A DNA stretch of 64,000 nt from Octopus vulgaris (Eukaryota): assembly GCA_951406725.2 (NCBI GenBank), contig OX597820.1:112840001-112904000 (forward strand), written 5' to 3'. The notes under the pieces were generated by a model. That model did not search any database. It saw nothing but the letters and a program-made list of their open reading frames with translations, and was not told where the DNA came from. Each line of letters opens with the position of its first letter. Position 1 is the stretch's first letter. This document shows, piece after piece, positions 13,251 to 26,499 of this stretch. The position numbers and the translations under genes are program-made.

Positions 13251-13975
13251 GGTGAAGGTGAGTGGCTTAGTGGGTAGGGTATTCGGCTCACAATCTTACG
13301 GTCGTGAGTTCGATTCCCGACGGCGCGCTGTGTCTCTGAGCAAGACACTTTATTCCACGTTGCCCCAGTCCACTCAGCTGGTAAAACGCGTAGATCCTGT
13401 CTTATTCTGCGTCACGCTGAATACCTATTTCTTTACTACCCACAAGGGGTTAAACACAGAGAGGGGACGAACAAGGACCGACAAACGGATTAGGTCAATT
13501 ACATCGACCCTAGTGCGTAACTGGTACTTAATTTAACGACCCCGAAAAGATGAAAGGCAAAGTCGACCTCGGCTGAATTTGAACTCGGAACGTAACGGCA
13601 GACGAAATACGTATTTCTTTACTGCCCACAAGGGGCTAAACACAGAGGGGACAAACAAGGACAGACATAGGTATTAAGTCGATTACATCGACCCCAATGC
13701 GTAACTGGTACTTAATTTATCGACCCCGAAAGGATGAAAGGCAAAGTCGACCTCGGCGGAATTTGAACTCACAACGTAACGCAGACGAAATACCGCTAAG
13801 CATTTCGCCCGGCGTGCTAACGGTTCTGCCAGCTCGCCGCCTTCGTCACGCTGAATAGCACTAAGAGTTAGGTTAAGGCTACGCGTATTTGCGGAGTATT
13901 CAGCCAGTTGCACGTTAATTTAACGAGCAGGCTGTTCCGTTGGGATACCCGTCGTGGTAACCAACGGAGTGTCAT
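13251..13975 (+). mobile_element. SINE-D (tRNA head, CORE-like segment), interrupted by a SINE-A dimer
   Basis: A box TGGCTTAGTGG, B box GAGTTCGATTCC, then GTGTCTCTGAGCAAGACACTT; sequence resumes after the TSD at 13858. Confidence 0.7.
13424..13843 (-). mobile_element. SINE-A dimer (one head, two bodies) with 14-bp TSD
   Basis: TSD CGTCACGCTGAATA at 13410-13423 and 13844-13857; internal junction at 13611. Confidence 0.92.
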
Positions 13976-14269
13976 AAACAGGCCCTGGTTCGAGCTTAGT
14001 GCGACCTTATTTATACATTTGTGTATGTAGGGCAGAGTGGATAGAGTACAATAAGTTTGTACTTTTGTGGGTGGAGACTTCTCTACTTAAACTATAGTGC
14101 ATATGTTGGGATCGAAGTGTACATGGCACATGAAACTCATACAGAATGAGGTGCGTGTGTGCGTGGTAACAATACATATATGGATATGTATATCACGATA
14201 TGTATGTATGTGTGTGTGTGTGTGTGTGTGTGTGCGGAGGAGTGTTGGTAGCAATACTTTTACAAGGGG

Positions 14270-14765
14270 TGTGGCTGCAAACATAAGTGTTCGTATGTAT
14301 ATGGTTAAGAAACCCGCTTTGAAACCGTGTGGTTTCGGGTTCAGCTTCTCTGCACGTCTCCTTGAGCAAGTGTCTTCTACTATATAGCCCTGGGCTGACC
14401 AATACCTTCTAAATAAACTTGGAAGAAAACTGTGAAAGCCCTTCGCATGTATGTATGTATGTATGTATGTATGTATGTATGTATGTATGTATGTATGTAT
14501 GTATGTATGTATGTATGTGTTCAGGCATTCAGGCATATACACATACGCACAGGTCTGCCTATGTTTGCGTTTTTGTTTGTCTCCTATCCACCGTCTGACA
14601 ACCGATGTTGGGTTGTTTACGTCCTCCTGACTTAACGTTCGGCAAAAGAAAACCGACAAGATATGTACCAGACTTCAAAACAAAAACCGGGTCGACTTAT
14701 TGAACCAAACCTTCAATGCGATGCTACAGCATGGCCCCTAGACCAATGGCCAATAAAAGAGAAAA
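14270..14765 (+). mobile_element. SINE-B, old diverged copy with internal (TATG)n
   Basis: CCTTGAGCAAGTGTCTTCTACTATA...; 3' module at 14575-14765. Confidence 0.72.
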
Positions 14766-14832
14766 GATAGGCGAGTGTGTGCGCTTGCTTGCATGACTGT
14801 ATGTGCGTCTGTTTGTGTGTGTGTGTGTGCGT

Positions 14833-14874
<42 letters not shown>

Positions 14875-14875
14875 A

Positions 14876-14911
<36 letters not shown>

Positions 14912-15346
14912 TGCATGTGTGTAGGGTACACTTTGCTTACGTAAACATTCTACAAAGCGCTTGTTATCGTGTTATATCCACCCGAGCGATCAAAGGCGTT
15001 TGGGGGTTGACTACCCGGTCATTTTGGTGTTAGACATATCTCTAAGACTACATTACTCATTATGATCTTTTTTTTTTATTAAAAAAAAATAAAAGAAAAC
15101 GACAGAGTCTGATTTGGTTGCCATTTCTAGCTGATCGTACGTCCATGTAGGGACGCTTTCTTTCTTCGTCATAAGAGTAGCTGTATGAATGCGTATGCGG
15201 ATTGTTATATACATATGTGTTTATATGTGTGTGTGTGTTCATAAAATGTTTAGATACACGAAGGATTGACAATACATACACATTTACACGTGCATACGCA
15301 CATATACATACACAGCTACTTACATTTGTACATATGTATGTATTTA

Positions 15347-15377
<31 letters not shown>

Positions 15378-15659
15378 TAGGATGGATCTCTTCTCACAAA
15401 GATTCACAGCTCCATCGCTGAATCTTCGATGGCAACAAGAATGTTAGTTACTTGCTGAACTTTAGAAAATTCTTGCATATTTTTACTGTTCCACTTCCAG
15501 ATTCTGTCAGTAAAGTTCGTGTTAGTCGATCCCTTTGACTGAAAACTTCTGCATTTACAGATTGTCAATGAAACATTTATTAATATAACCAAGGTTACCA
15601 AGAACGGACTTTATAATAAAATGGTAGAAGAACTGAAGGTTTCGAAGCTGTTTTATCCA

Positions 15660-15882
15660 TCATTTGTTTCACTTTTTGGAGCGCGGCCATGCAGGAGCAC
15701 TGCATTGAACGGGTTTAGCCGATCGAATTGACGTTGGTACTTTTTGTTAAAGCCTGGTACATGTTCTACCAGTCTCTTATCCCGAACTGCTACGTTACAG
15801 GGATGTAAACAGACCAATATTGGTTGCCAAGCAGAGAAGGGGGATAAACACTTAGAAAATTGGCGCGCGTGCACCCCCTCCC

Positions 15883-15969
<87 letters not shown>

Positions 15970-16125
15970 TGTGACGAACGTCTTCCAGTTTCCCTCTACC
16001 AAATCTACTCACAAGGCTTTGGTCGGCCCGAATTTATAGTGGATATTTATTGAAGACGCCTCGCCTTGGGCTCGAACCCAAAACCATGTGGCTGGGAAAC
16101 AGTATTTTTACCACACAGTCGCATC
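15660..16125 (-). mobile_element. SINE-B, old diverged copy with internal (CA)n
   Basis: ACTCACAAGGCTTTGGTCGGCCCG and GCGGCCATGC...AGCACTGC motifs. Confidence 0.72.
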
Positions 16126-16574
16126 TGTCCTTTTTCTTTTTCTTTTTTTTTTTTCTTCTTCTTCTTCTTCTTCTTATCCCTTTCAGTCAGGAGGGAAAGG
16201 CAGTGCCCATGACCCGTTACAGGGCCCCTGAATCTGGTTGGTAAGATATCATCAAACCGGGAATCCAACGCGAACTCTTGCAAAAGAGAGGACCTTGTTA
16301 AAGGTATACAAGGTCTCGGGTGGTGCTGTTAAATTTGGCTACGGGTTAAGTTTACTAACTAGGTAGGCCATGGTAGGATTTGAATTCAGAATGCAAAGAG
16401 GCGGAACAAATGCTGCAAGACATCTGGTCTGATGTTCTTATAGGTCCAACAATCCACCGTTTTGGGTTAGTTTTTCATTTTTTATCATTTTTTTATCGAC
16501 CCCGAAAGGCAGAAAGGCAAAGTTGACTTCGAAGCGGTTTGAATTCAGAACCTAATCAGTGCATAACCCTAAGG

Positions 16575-16835
16575 ACTCGACTATTTCGCTGCGTACTTTC
16601 CTCATTGATTCTCAAGGATATGGTAACACCTCTGGGACTGGTCGTAGCAGCTGACCACCGTATTTTCTTCTCTGTCCCAACAACACAACAATATCAGGAC
16701 AATAAAGTTTGCACTTGGCACAAGTTTAGATGGGAAAGTTGCACCAGTATTCCTTGTATTGATCAGCGAGACGTTTATTTATCCCGGAAGAGGAGCCACG
16801 GTCTATGGCATGTGGGTTATTAGTGGAACCGAGTT
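16575..16835 (-). mobile_element. Decayed fragment of an RLE-type (R4/Dong-like) LINE endonuclease region
   Basis: TTCTCTGTCCCAA...TATCAGG resembles 26660-26690, the PD-I-x-x-WDRE region. Confidence 0.45.
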
Positions 16836-17113
16836 ATTTGTTGATCTTGGTGACGGTGCTGTTGATATTTAAAGGAAAGAGAGAATGAGATAAACAGGGA
16901 GTGAGTAAAAGAGAGTTAGAGAAAAGTAGAGCAAGAAAGAGAGAAAGAGAGAGAAACAGAGACGGGTGTGTGTGTGTGTGTGTGTGTGTGCGTCACACAT
17001 ATACGGGTTATAAAAGAAAAAACGGGGCATAGGTTTCAATGTTGCTTATTCGAACCAGAATACGCATAAACGTATTCATACATATACGTAAATGAATGTG
17101 TACACACACACAC

Positions 17114-17182
<69 letters not shown>

Positions 17183-17187
17183 CGTAT

Positions 17188-17352
17188 GTATTTCGAGTCT
17201 TTACGTTCCGAGTTTAAATTCTGCCGAGGTCGACTTTGCCTTTCATCCTTTCGGGGTCGATAAATTAAGTACCAGTTGCGTACTGAGGTCGATCTAATCG
17301 ACTGGCTCCCTCCCCCCAAAATTTCGGGCCTTGTGCCTAGATTGGAAAAGAA
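17188..17352 (+). mobile_element. SINE-A body lacking its first ~50 nt
   Basis: Starts at GTATTTCG; has B box and core; ends with the GGCCTTGTGCC-type tail. Confidence 0.88.
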
Positions 17353-17689
17353 TATATATGCACGTGTGTGTGTTCGTAACGTATATTGTGACAAGCTCAG
17401 ATGGTTTCTATGCGTGTATACACACATATATATATACAAACATATATTCACATCTATAAGTGTACGCACGGAAGCGACATTAAAAAAAAAAGAAGAAAAA
17501 ACAGGAACACAGAGAGAGAGAGAGAGGGAGAGAGAGAGAGAAAGTGAGAGAGCGATGGAGAGAGAGAGAGAGAGAGAAAGTGTGAAACATTAAAGTGCAG
17601 AGCGAGGTGATATTTTGAAGGGAGCAGATGTATGAATGTTTGTATTCCATATAGATATACATGTGTGGATATATTGTATAGTATTGATA

Positions 17690-17762
<73 letters not shown>

Positions 17763-17939
17763 GTACATGTATGTATATATATATATATATACACACAGAT
17801 ATATAAATACATATGTGTGTGTGTTTATATGTATTCATCTGTGTGGGTGTATGTATGTATGTTTGTATACTAAGTTATACATGAAAGCAATTATCGAAAT
17901 AACTTACCAAAGATACTAAAATCAAAGCTGACATTCTCC

Positions 17940-18050
17940 ATTTCCTTAGTAAAGCTGGGTATTAAGGTAAGAAATCCCATTCATTCAGGGTTCGAGGTGC
18001 GAAAACAGTGAGAAGCCGATGGTAAAATGTGCACCGCCGTCCAGTCAGGG
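17940..18050 (-). mobile_element. LINE ORF2 C-terminal remnant (CR1/L2/Jockey-like)
   Basis: Translation ...VFAPRTLNEWDFLP* resembles the conserved FFPRTxxxWNxLP C-terminal motif. Confidence 0.5.
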
Positions 18051-18103
18051 TGGCGAGACTGTGTGCGATGGCTGGTGTAGTGTTGTTATGAATACGGATG
18101 TAG

Positions 18104-18590
18104 GTGTGGGAGAGAGTGAGAGGGAAAGGCTGATGGTTGTATTGCATTATGGCTCGGTGTGTGTGTGTGAACCGTTGTTATGTAAATGGAGGTGTGTGAG
18201 AGTGAGAAAGAGAAAGAAAGGCTGATGGTAGTATCGCATTATTGTTCTGTATATGTGTGTGAACTGTTATGTGTATGGATGTGTGTGTAGGAGAGAAAGA
18301 GATAAAAAGAGAAAGAAAGGATGATCGCAGCATTAAATTATGGATCTGTGCGCGCGCGTGTGTATGTGTGTGTGTGTATGTTTGTGCATGTGTGTATGTT
18401 GTTGTTTTGTGTATAGAGGTGTGTAGGGGAAAGAGAGAGAGCAAGAAAGAGTGATCGCAGCATTACAGCGTGGTTCTGTATGTGTGTGTGTGTGTGTGTG
18501 TAGGGTTATTATGTATGTGGTTGTATGTGTGGGAGAGAGAAAGAAAGGGTGATAGTAGCCTGGCAGTGTGTGTGTGTGTGTGTGTATACC
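18104..18590. repeat. Degenerate minisatellite (~5 units of ~90-130 bp) built from GA and GT microsatellites
   Basis: Recurring GAAAGG(C/A)TGAT...GCATTA...GTGTGTG units. Confidence 0.65.
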
Positions 18591-19081
18591 ATAGATGGAG
18601 AGTGTGTGTGAACGACGGCAACTTCGTGTCTAATATGTATTAAGTGTATAAATGACAGTAACCTTGTGTATCGTATGTGTGTGTGTATGAATGAGTGCTA
18701 CGTACTATGGGATGTGTGTATGCATAAATGTGTGTGTGTGTGTGAGTGTGCGATTGACGGCAGCCTTGTATCATCAGATGAATGAGAATGACAACAACAT
18801 TGTATCAAGTATGCGTAAATGCAAATATATATATATATATATACATCTGCTGACAAGCTGCTGTTGGGCTCACTAATGCTGGAGTGTATGTGTGTGTGTG
18901 TGTATGTGTGTATGTATGTATGTATGTATGTATGTATGTGTGTGTGTATGTATGTATGTATGTATGTATGTATGTATGTATGTATGTATGTATATATATA
19001 TAATATAAACACACGTATGTACTCTATATATTTAGGTCATAGTTACGTTTATCTGTCAATGTGTTGTTAATGTGCTGTGCA

Positions 19082-19127
<46 letters not shown>

Positions 19128-19217
19128 TGCTGATATGTGTTAGCCTATTGTAAGACATTCTCGTAGAGCGTGCGTGTGGCATGTTGTGAATTGCAAATGT
19201 GCACTTAATATATATAT

Positions 19218-19450
19218 ATTTCTTTACTACCCACAAGGGGCTAAACACAGAGGGGCCAAACAAGGACAGACATAGGGATTAAGTCGATTGCATCGACTCC
19301 AGTGCGTAACTGGTACTTATTTAATCGACCCCGAAAGGATGAAAGGCAAGGTGGACCTCGGCGGAATTTGAACTCAGAACGTAACGGCAGACGAAATACG
19401 GCTACGCATTTCGCCCGGCGTGCTAACCACTCTGCCAGCTCGCCGCCTTT
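19218..19450 (-). mobile_element. SINE-A full copy, Tx1-like tail
   Basis: Near-consensus; tail GCCCCTTGTGGGTAGTAAAGAAATA on minus strand. Confidence 0.92.
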
Positions 19451-19760
19451 ACTTATGTATATGGTTGGCATGAAACTGAAACCGATACATTGTTATTGGT
19501 GGTGTTGCTTGGCCCCTGGTCAGCCCTGAGCCAAACTTATTTTTCAGTGACATTCCAGCTGTGACTGACCACCGTATCATTTTTTTTTAAAATCTATATT
19601 TGCTGCAAACTTTATGACCACGTTATCTAAATGTATGCATTTCTAAGAGGGCAGTGGTGTGATATCAGGGAAATTTGGCTGCTATTTCTTGCATATCGAG
19701 CAACCACGTACAGGTTTCCTGCCCCTTGTTGCTTCGAAGACACCCTTAGGTATGTGTGTG

Positions 19761-20284
<524 letters not shown>

Positions 20285-20760
20285 GTTGCGTGAGAGAAAC
20301 GGACCGGGCGAGCTTTTGTAACACTCGTTGCATGCATGTGAAAACTCTTTTTGTTTGTTGCAGTGTGATCGAGCAGACCTATGATCAAAAGTCTCTCCAG
20401 TTATGGCCATCCCCTATTATCATGCACATCTAATTATATTATCTTCTCTGTCCCTTTCTCTTTGGCTTCGACACTAGGGTATGAGTTTAGGGAGTTAAAC
20501 CTGCTATTTCTACAAAGACGAGTGGTCACACTGCGGCCCTTGCGTTGGTTTCAGTGACCTGTGTTCGCGTATGGGTTAGGGCAAGGAGCCCAACGGGAAT
20601 TTTACGAGGTTGTACATGATTACTTTCGGATCACCAGTAGCATGTCCCCTCAAAATTCTAAATTTATCTATTTATTTTTAGAGATGGGCCTGTCAGATAT
20701 TCACGGGTCTCTCTCCTTAGATCTTAGGGTCTCCTGACCCGACTGAACCTCCCTTTGATA

Positions 20761-20980
20761 AGGTGGCGAGCTGGCAGAAACGTTAGCACGCCGGGCGAAA
20801 TGCTTAGCGGTATTTCGTCTGCCGTTACGTTCCGAGTTCAAATTCCGTCAAGGTCGACTTTGCCTTTCATCCTTTCGGGGTCGATTAAATAAGTACCAGT
20901 TATGCACTGGGGTCGATGTAATCGACTTAATCCCTATGTCTGCCCTTGTTTGTCAGCCCCCTGTGGGCAATAAAGACATA
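20761..20980 (+). mobile_element. SINE-A full copy, Tx1-like tail, with TSD
   Basis: AGGTGGCGAGCTGGCAGAAACGTTAGC...AATAAAGACATA; flanking direct repeat ACCTCCCT(T/C)TGATAAG. Confidence 0.92.
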
Positions 20981-21029
20981 GACCTCCCTCTGATAAGTGT
21001 GTGCATGTATGCGCGTGTATGTACATGCA

Positions 21030-21084
<55 letters not shown>

Positions 21085-21399
21085 GTGTATGTGTGTACGT
21101 GTGCGTGCTTGTTTGCGAGTGCGTACGTGAGTGTATGAATGCGTATGCATATATGAGTGCATGTGTGTGTGTGTGTGTGGTGGGGTGGAATCCCATTACG
21201 CGTTGCTTGTAGGAAATCCTATATATGTTATTTAGTTTCATTTCTAGATGTCTTGTCAATGGAGACAGAGCCGGCTTCCAGAACCTAAATCCAAGGTTTC
21301 AGCTGCATTAACAAGGTAGTTTGTATGTGTGTAGAAGTGTAGAAGGATTTGGAGCCAGTATGCGTGTAGATCTATATGTTTTGTTTTATGTATATATAT

Positions 21400-21572
21400 T
21401 TTTTTCTCTCTCCTTTTTTTCTCTCCTTGTTTCTCCCCTTGTTTTTTTCTGTGTCCCTTTCTGTAGAAGAGCGTAGGCTCGAAACGTAAAAGACTTTTCC
21501 TATTCCTGAGCGTTATACTAATACATCTGTTTGTTTTGTACACCACCTGTCTTTTGTTTTTTTCGTAAACTC

Positions 21573-21577
<5 letters not shown>
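21400..21577 (+). mobile_element. PLE-derived short repeat family 2
   Basis: Matches reverse complements of 40918-41100 and 62040-62210; contains a hammerhead-like motif; ends at (TA)n. Confidence 0.75.
21457..21492 (+). ncRNA. Minimal type I hammerhead-like motif, variant core CUGUAGA
   Basis: CTTT-CTGTAGA-A-GAGC-GTAG-GCTC-GAAA-CG-TA-AAAG. Confidence 0.6.
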
Positions 21578-21610
<33 letters not shown>

Positions 21611-21744
21611 GCTGCATGTATCGTAAGTGCAGTAATACAACTTCCTTAGTGGGAGCAAGCCCAGGGCCAAAAGTTTTTACAAACAAGATCAATTTTTTTT
21701 CAATCTTAATATTAAAACGAACACAGATATAACAATAATAATGA

Positions 21745-21950
21745 TTTCAAATTTTGGCGCAAGATCAGCGATTTCACAGGAGGGGTTAAGTCCTTGACCC
21801 CAGATCTCAACTGTTATTTATCTTATCAGCCTCAAGAGAACGAAAGACAAAGTCGACCTCGGTGACATCTGAACTCAGAACGCGAAGACGGACGAAATGC
21901 CGCCAAGCATTTTGCCCGGCGCGCTAACTATAAACACAGCTCGCCCTCCT
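21745..21950 (-). mobile_element. SINE-A copy, diverged
   Basis: AAAGTCGACCTCGG...GAACTCAGAACG...GCCCGGCGCGCTAAC. Confidence 0.8.
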
Positions 21951-21971
21951 AGGTATCATAATAATAATAAT

Positions 21972-22385
21972 CCTTTCTACTAAAAGCACAAAGTCTAAAA
22001 TTTGGTGGATGGTGGTGGTGGTGGTGGGGGAAACTAATCAATTATATCGACCCTGTATTTAACTGGTACTTAATTTATTGATCCCGCAAGGATGAAAGGC
22101 AAAGTCGACCTCGGCAGAATTTGAACTGAGAACGTAGCGACGGCCGAAATACTTATTTCTTTACTACCCACAAGGGGCTAAACATAGAGGGGACAAACAA
22201 GGACAGGCAAACGGATTAAGTCGATTATATCGATTCCAGTGCGCAACTGGTACTTATTTAATCGACCCCGAAAGGATGAAAGGCAAAGTCGTCCTCGGCG
22301 GAATTTGAACTCAGAACGTAGCGGCAGACCAAATACTGCTAAGCGTTTCATCCAACCTGCTAACGATTCTGACAGATCGCCGCCT
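21972..22385 (-). mobile_element. SINE-A dimer (Tx1-tail unit followed by alternative-tail body)
   Basis: Two core copies; junction TAAAGAAATA-A-GTATTTCG at 22153 on minus strand. Confidence 0.9.
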
Positions 22386-22386
22386 T

Positions 22387-22387
<1 letters not shown>

Positions 22388-22451
<64 letters not shown>

Positions 22452-22462
22452 TAATAATGATA

Positions 22463-22493
<31 letters not shown>

Positions 22494-22575
22494 TAATAAT
22501 AGGAATAGAAGAAGAAGAAGAAGAAGAAGAAGAAGAAGAAGAAGAAGAAGAAGAAGAAGAAGAAGAAGAAGAAGA
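22388..22575. repeat. (TAA)n-(GAA)n compound microsatellite
   Basis: Directly visible. Confidence 0.96.
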
Positions 22576-22577
22576 AC

Positions 22578-22790
22578 CCTTTCTACTAAAAGCATAATGC
22601 CTGAAATTTTAGGGTAGGAGTTAAGTCGATTACATCGATTCCAGTTCGCAACTGGTACTTAATTTATCGACCCCGAAAGGATGAAAGGTAAAGTCAACCT
22701 CGGCGGAATTTGAACTCAGAACGTAGCGACGGGTGAAATACTGCTATGCATTTTTCCCGGCATGCTAACGATTCTGTCAGCTTGCCGCCT
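22578..22790 (-). mobile_element. SINE-A copy
   Basis: Core and head motifs near consensus. Confidence 0.88.
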
Positions 22791-23122
22791 CAACAACAAC
22801 AACAACAACAACAATAATAATAATGATAATAACAGTTTTGTGTTGGTATAAATATTCTGTACAATACCACAGATTTGCTGGTCAGTTGTTTGACCTTAAC
22901 CAGTTGAGCATGTCCTGTGGTAGCTGACGATATGTGCATCTCTGATCACGAGCAGAAGTAGAGGGGAGCATCATAGCCATGTGTTGAGAGGGATTCTTTG
23001 GGGTTTGAATAATTCACCTTTGGAAACATGGGTGATGCATGTACCTGGTGTACCCTTATCAGACGGGTAGCTATGATGGGTATACTGGGCTTCGTATATT
23101 TTATCCCAGTGTCACATTGATG

Positions 23123-25662
23123 GTTCTTTATAAACCACAAGGGTTTACATTAAGAAAAATATTATGAACAGCACAGGACAAAATAAAGAGTGTGTGTGAG
23201 TTGTGTTGTGAAGGTTTTGTGTGTAAGGGAAGAACGAAATCAACGATGTTTGATCCTCAATAGGGAGGAGACGTTCGAGGACTGATCATGGAAAAAACCC
23301 ATAAAAAAAACATGGGTACCCTGACTTTTGGGTTAGGGGCCATTTTTCCTTTCTTTACTTCAACTATGCTGAGGGCAGACCCATTCGTTCGCACCATTCT
23401 CACCGCTTTCATCCACCTTTCAGCAAACTGGCTGGAAGACAACACTTCCCTCTCAACTCTTATTTTCCTTTTCAAATGAAACTTGAAGAAGCTTATCATA
23501 GATTGACCAAAGAGAAGTGTTTGTCTTCAGCCCCTTAAATTTCGCCCAGCATATAAAAGAAGCCTTTCCTTCCCATTTAAAGGAAGGTGGCGGGGGGATC
23601 TTCACGATAGATTCAGTTGACCATCGGATCCATCCCACGTGCGACAGCAAATGTTCGACATAAACCTATAGGTCAGCAATGCTCGGACACTGGACGAGTG
23701 CATACAGGACTGTCTGTCGTCCTGTGCGCATCTCGGACATGCTCGGCCGACGGCACTTCCGTGCCTGTAAAGTTTATCTCGAGCAGGTAGCACTGCCAGG
23801 TCAAAGAAGACGGGAAGTATACATAGTATACGACACTAGAAATAGAAGGAAGAAAAATGTGATAGTAATGGGGTCCCCCTAATACTAGAGGACCTCTATC
23901 AAGAAACCCCACCATCCAAGATGATCCTGAGGACCAAGGAGGACCAAGCCCTCTCCAACTTCTTTCTTCCGACTCACAGGTCTACACTGAGAGTTGTACC
24001 ATCCACTTTTGCTTGCAATTCTATTCTAATCGCTCTCTTCGGAGCGATCCACCACCAGTTGTTGACGATAGCCCCTGTCAACTGCCACAAAACCGGTTCG
24101 CTAATCCAGTCCCTGTAATCTTTACGAGCCAGTAAGGACGCATTCAACTTCCAGTTACTTGGTCCCTGTCTACGGTTTCAATCTAAATTGACTGAACATA
24201 TCATAAATTTGTGATCTGTGTAGCCGACCAATTTCAATTGTGGACAACTTACGCTAACCCTAGCCTCTGACTTAACAAATACTCTGTTTAAATACGATCT
24301 GTATGACCCACTGTAGTTGTTCCATGCCCACACAGGCACATCAGGGAAATCCACTCGGTACGTGTCAGAAAGCTGGAGAGTCCTGCGCAAGTTTTCGAGG
24401 CTTTTACACTCCTTTCTACTATGTGCTAAACCCACACATTCCTCCGTGCGTCCAAAATCCTATTCCAGTCCCTCACCAATACTAAAGTGTGAGACGTTCC
24501 CAAGAATGTTTTTAGACACCTGGAGAAATCTGGCTTCCCAGCCTCTTCGCTGCCATTCATGTCCAGGGCCACCACCCTACCATCCGGGTCCAGGAAGATA
24601 GCCTGTACTTGGAGATCTAAGGATTTCCGGAGTAGCACTGCTACACCGCCACCCGATCCTGATAGACTACAATATGAGAATACATCGCAGTCCTCGAAAA
24701 TAGATGTTAGAGCGTGTTTCCAGAGATGCTTGTTTCACTAATAGCCACATCCAAATCAGGCGACCTGAGATCATTTAGCAAGTGGCTTGCTTCCAAGCTG
24801 ATCCCAGGCCATACACATCCACACACTCCATTCACAGCACAGTGATGCTAGTCGAAGAAAGAAAATGAGGAGGTTACTCAGTTTTATTTTCGAGAAGCAC
24901 AGAAGTTTTGGGCCTCTCTACTGCAGAAAATTTTCTAAAAGGCCTTTCCAACAGCCTTTTATCAACAGATTTTTTTTAAATCCCCACACTACCTGGGAAT
25001 TTTTCTCTTATAGTTTTATAAACGTCTAACGACGTTTCAATTAAGCGGCTGTGTTTTGTGGTTTTGAGGATGAAATCCTAAAATTCATTTCCCTCTGTCT
25101 CTATTTTGTTTTTGTTTTGACTTACAAAATCCATCAATTCTTTGCTGTACTTGTTTACAAACAGTGAAATTGATGGAAACATTTCGTCTACAGTCTGAGG
25201 AATATTCTTGTTTTTGAAGTTCGGTAATTGGTTGTTTCTGTGTTTCTGTGATTTCATGCTGTTGTTGTTGATGATGTTGCTGTTTTTGAACTTGTTGTTC
25301 TTGTTCTTGCTGTTTTTGTTGGAGTGGTTGTGAATTGTGTTGCAGTTGTGGTTTCAGAGTAAGTTTTGTTGATTTCTTGGATTGGGGCTATGTACTCTCC
25401 TCCTCTTTCGCCTACTCCCTTTTATCACTGTGATCCTTTGATCGTTCAGCTTTTCTTTCTCCATGTCATTGCAGTTGATGTTGCTGTTGCTGTTGAGCGA
25501 AGTGGTCTTCGTCCCAAAGCTCGCAAGATGGGAGAAGTCCGAAACGTGGTCCTTTGCTATTCGTAAGACACGCAGAAGAGAAAGCAGGTCAACCCCCGAC
25601 ACCGAGAGGATCGACGGATGGATGAATGCGCATCCAGGCTCAGCGGTTGCGTAGGAAGTCGG
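23123..25662 (-). mobile_element. L1/Tx1-clade LINE remnant, RT domain deleted
   Basis: Minus-strand fragments: APE endonuclease (LSDTYR...RSYLNRVFV...TDHK; WKLNASLL), C-terminal LPARDKLYRHG...CPRC zinc-knuckle region, ORF1 start near 25464; many stops and frameshifts. Confidence 0.85.
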
Positions 25663-25803
25663 GGACAAGAAACAGGAAGAAAGAGTGGTGCAAAAGAGTA
25701 CAACAGGGGTCGCCAACACCCCCTGCCGGAGCCTCGTGGAGCTTTAGGTGTTTTCGCTCAATAAACACACAACGCCCGGTCTGGGAATCGAAACCGCGAT
25801 CCT
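25663..25803 (-). mobile_element. SINE-C-like 5' module contiguous with the LINE 5' UTR
   Basis: Matches 11575-11718 and 32635-32780, including B box GGTTTCGATTCCC. Confidence 0.88.
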
Positions 25804-26132
25804 TCGATTCTGCTGCTGTTGCTGTTCCGTTGTCGACACCGAAATGTTTGACGTTGCTTAGAGGCGAAGCATTATTCGCCTCGGTGACGTCATTCAGTTT
25901 AAGCCATTTGATATTCGTATTCTCAATTTTTCCGATAAGGAGCGCGTTCCTTTGTCGAATATTATGTTGGCTTCTTCATCAGCTATCTTGAAATAATTAC
26001 AGAAAATTGCAAAACATTTGTTTTTGCCGAAAGTAGTTAAAATTCAAAAATTATTGATACGCACCTTCTGCAATACTAGGGGTGTTTCCACACAAAAATA
26101 CTATCTGCTCAGTCCAGACAATCTCAGAAATG

Positions 26133-26410
26133 GGATCTTTTCACTTTGATCGGCAGATTTTAAAAATAATTTCTTTGTAACTAAACACTTTTAAACTTCG
26201 TATACTAGTAGTGTGTTACATAAAACATATTTTTCTCTTGGCTTTCTTGAGAAAATTCTGTAGTTTGTAATCTATTTGTTGTTTACTTTTTTGCATTTCG
26301 GCAATTTCAACCAATCAATGACGTCTATTGAGGTGAATACCATTTCTGCCGTAGTTTCTCAACAACAATTTTTTGCGGTGTCATATGAAAATGTCCCTGT
26401 TATTTATGAC
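26133..26410. mobile_element. One-ended fragment related to the Merlin-like MITE at 3148-3559
   Basis: Begins GGATCTTTTC...CGGCAG and aligns with the reverse complement of ~3325-3559. Confidence 0.78.
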
Positions 26411-26499
26411 ATATTTCACATCAGTTACGTTCGTATGAATAAAAGATTATCGTTATTAAACTTTTATTAATAAACACATAATCTAAGTTCACAACATAT

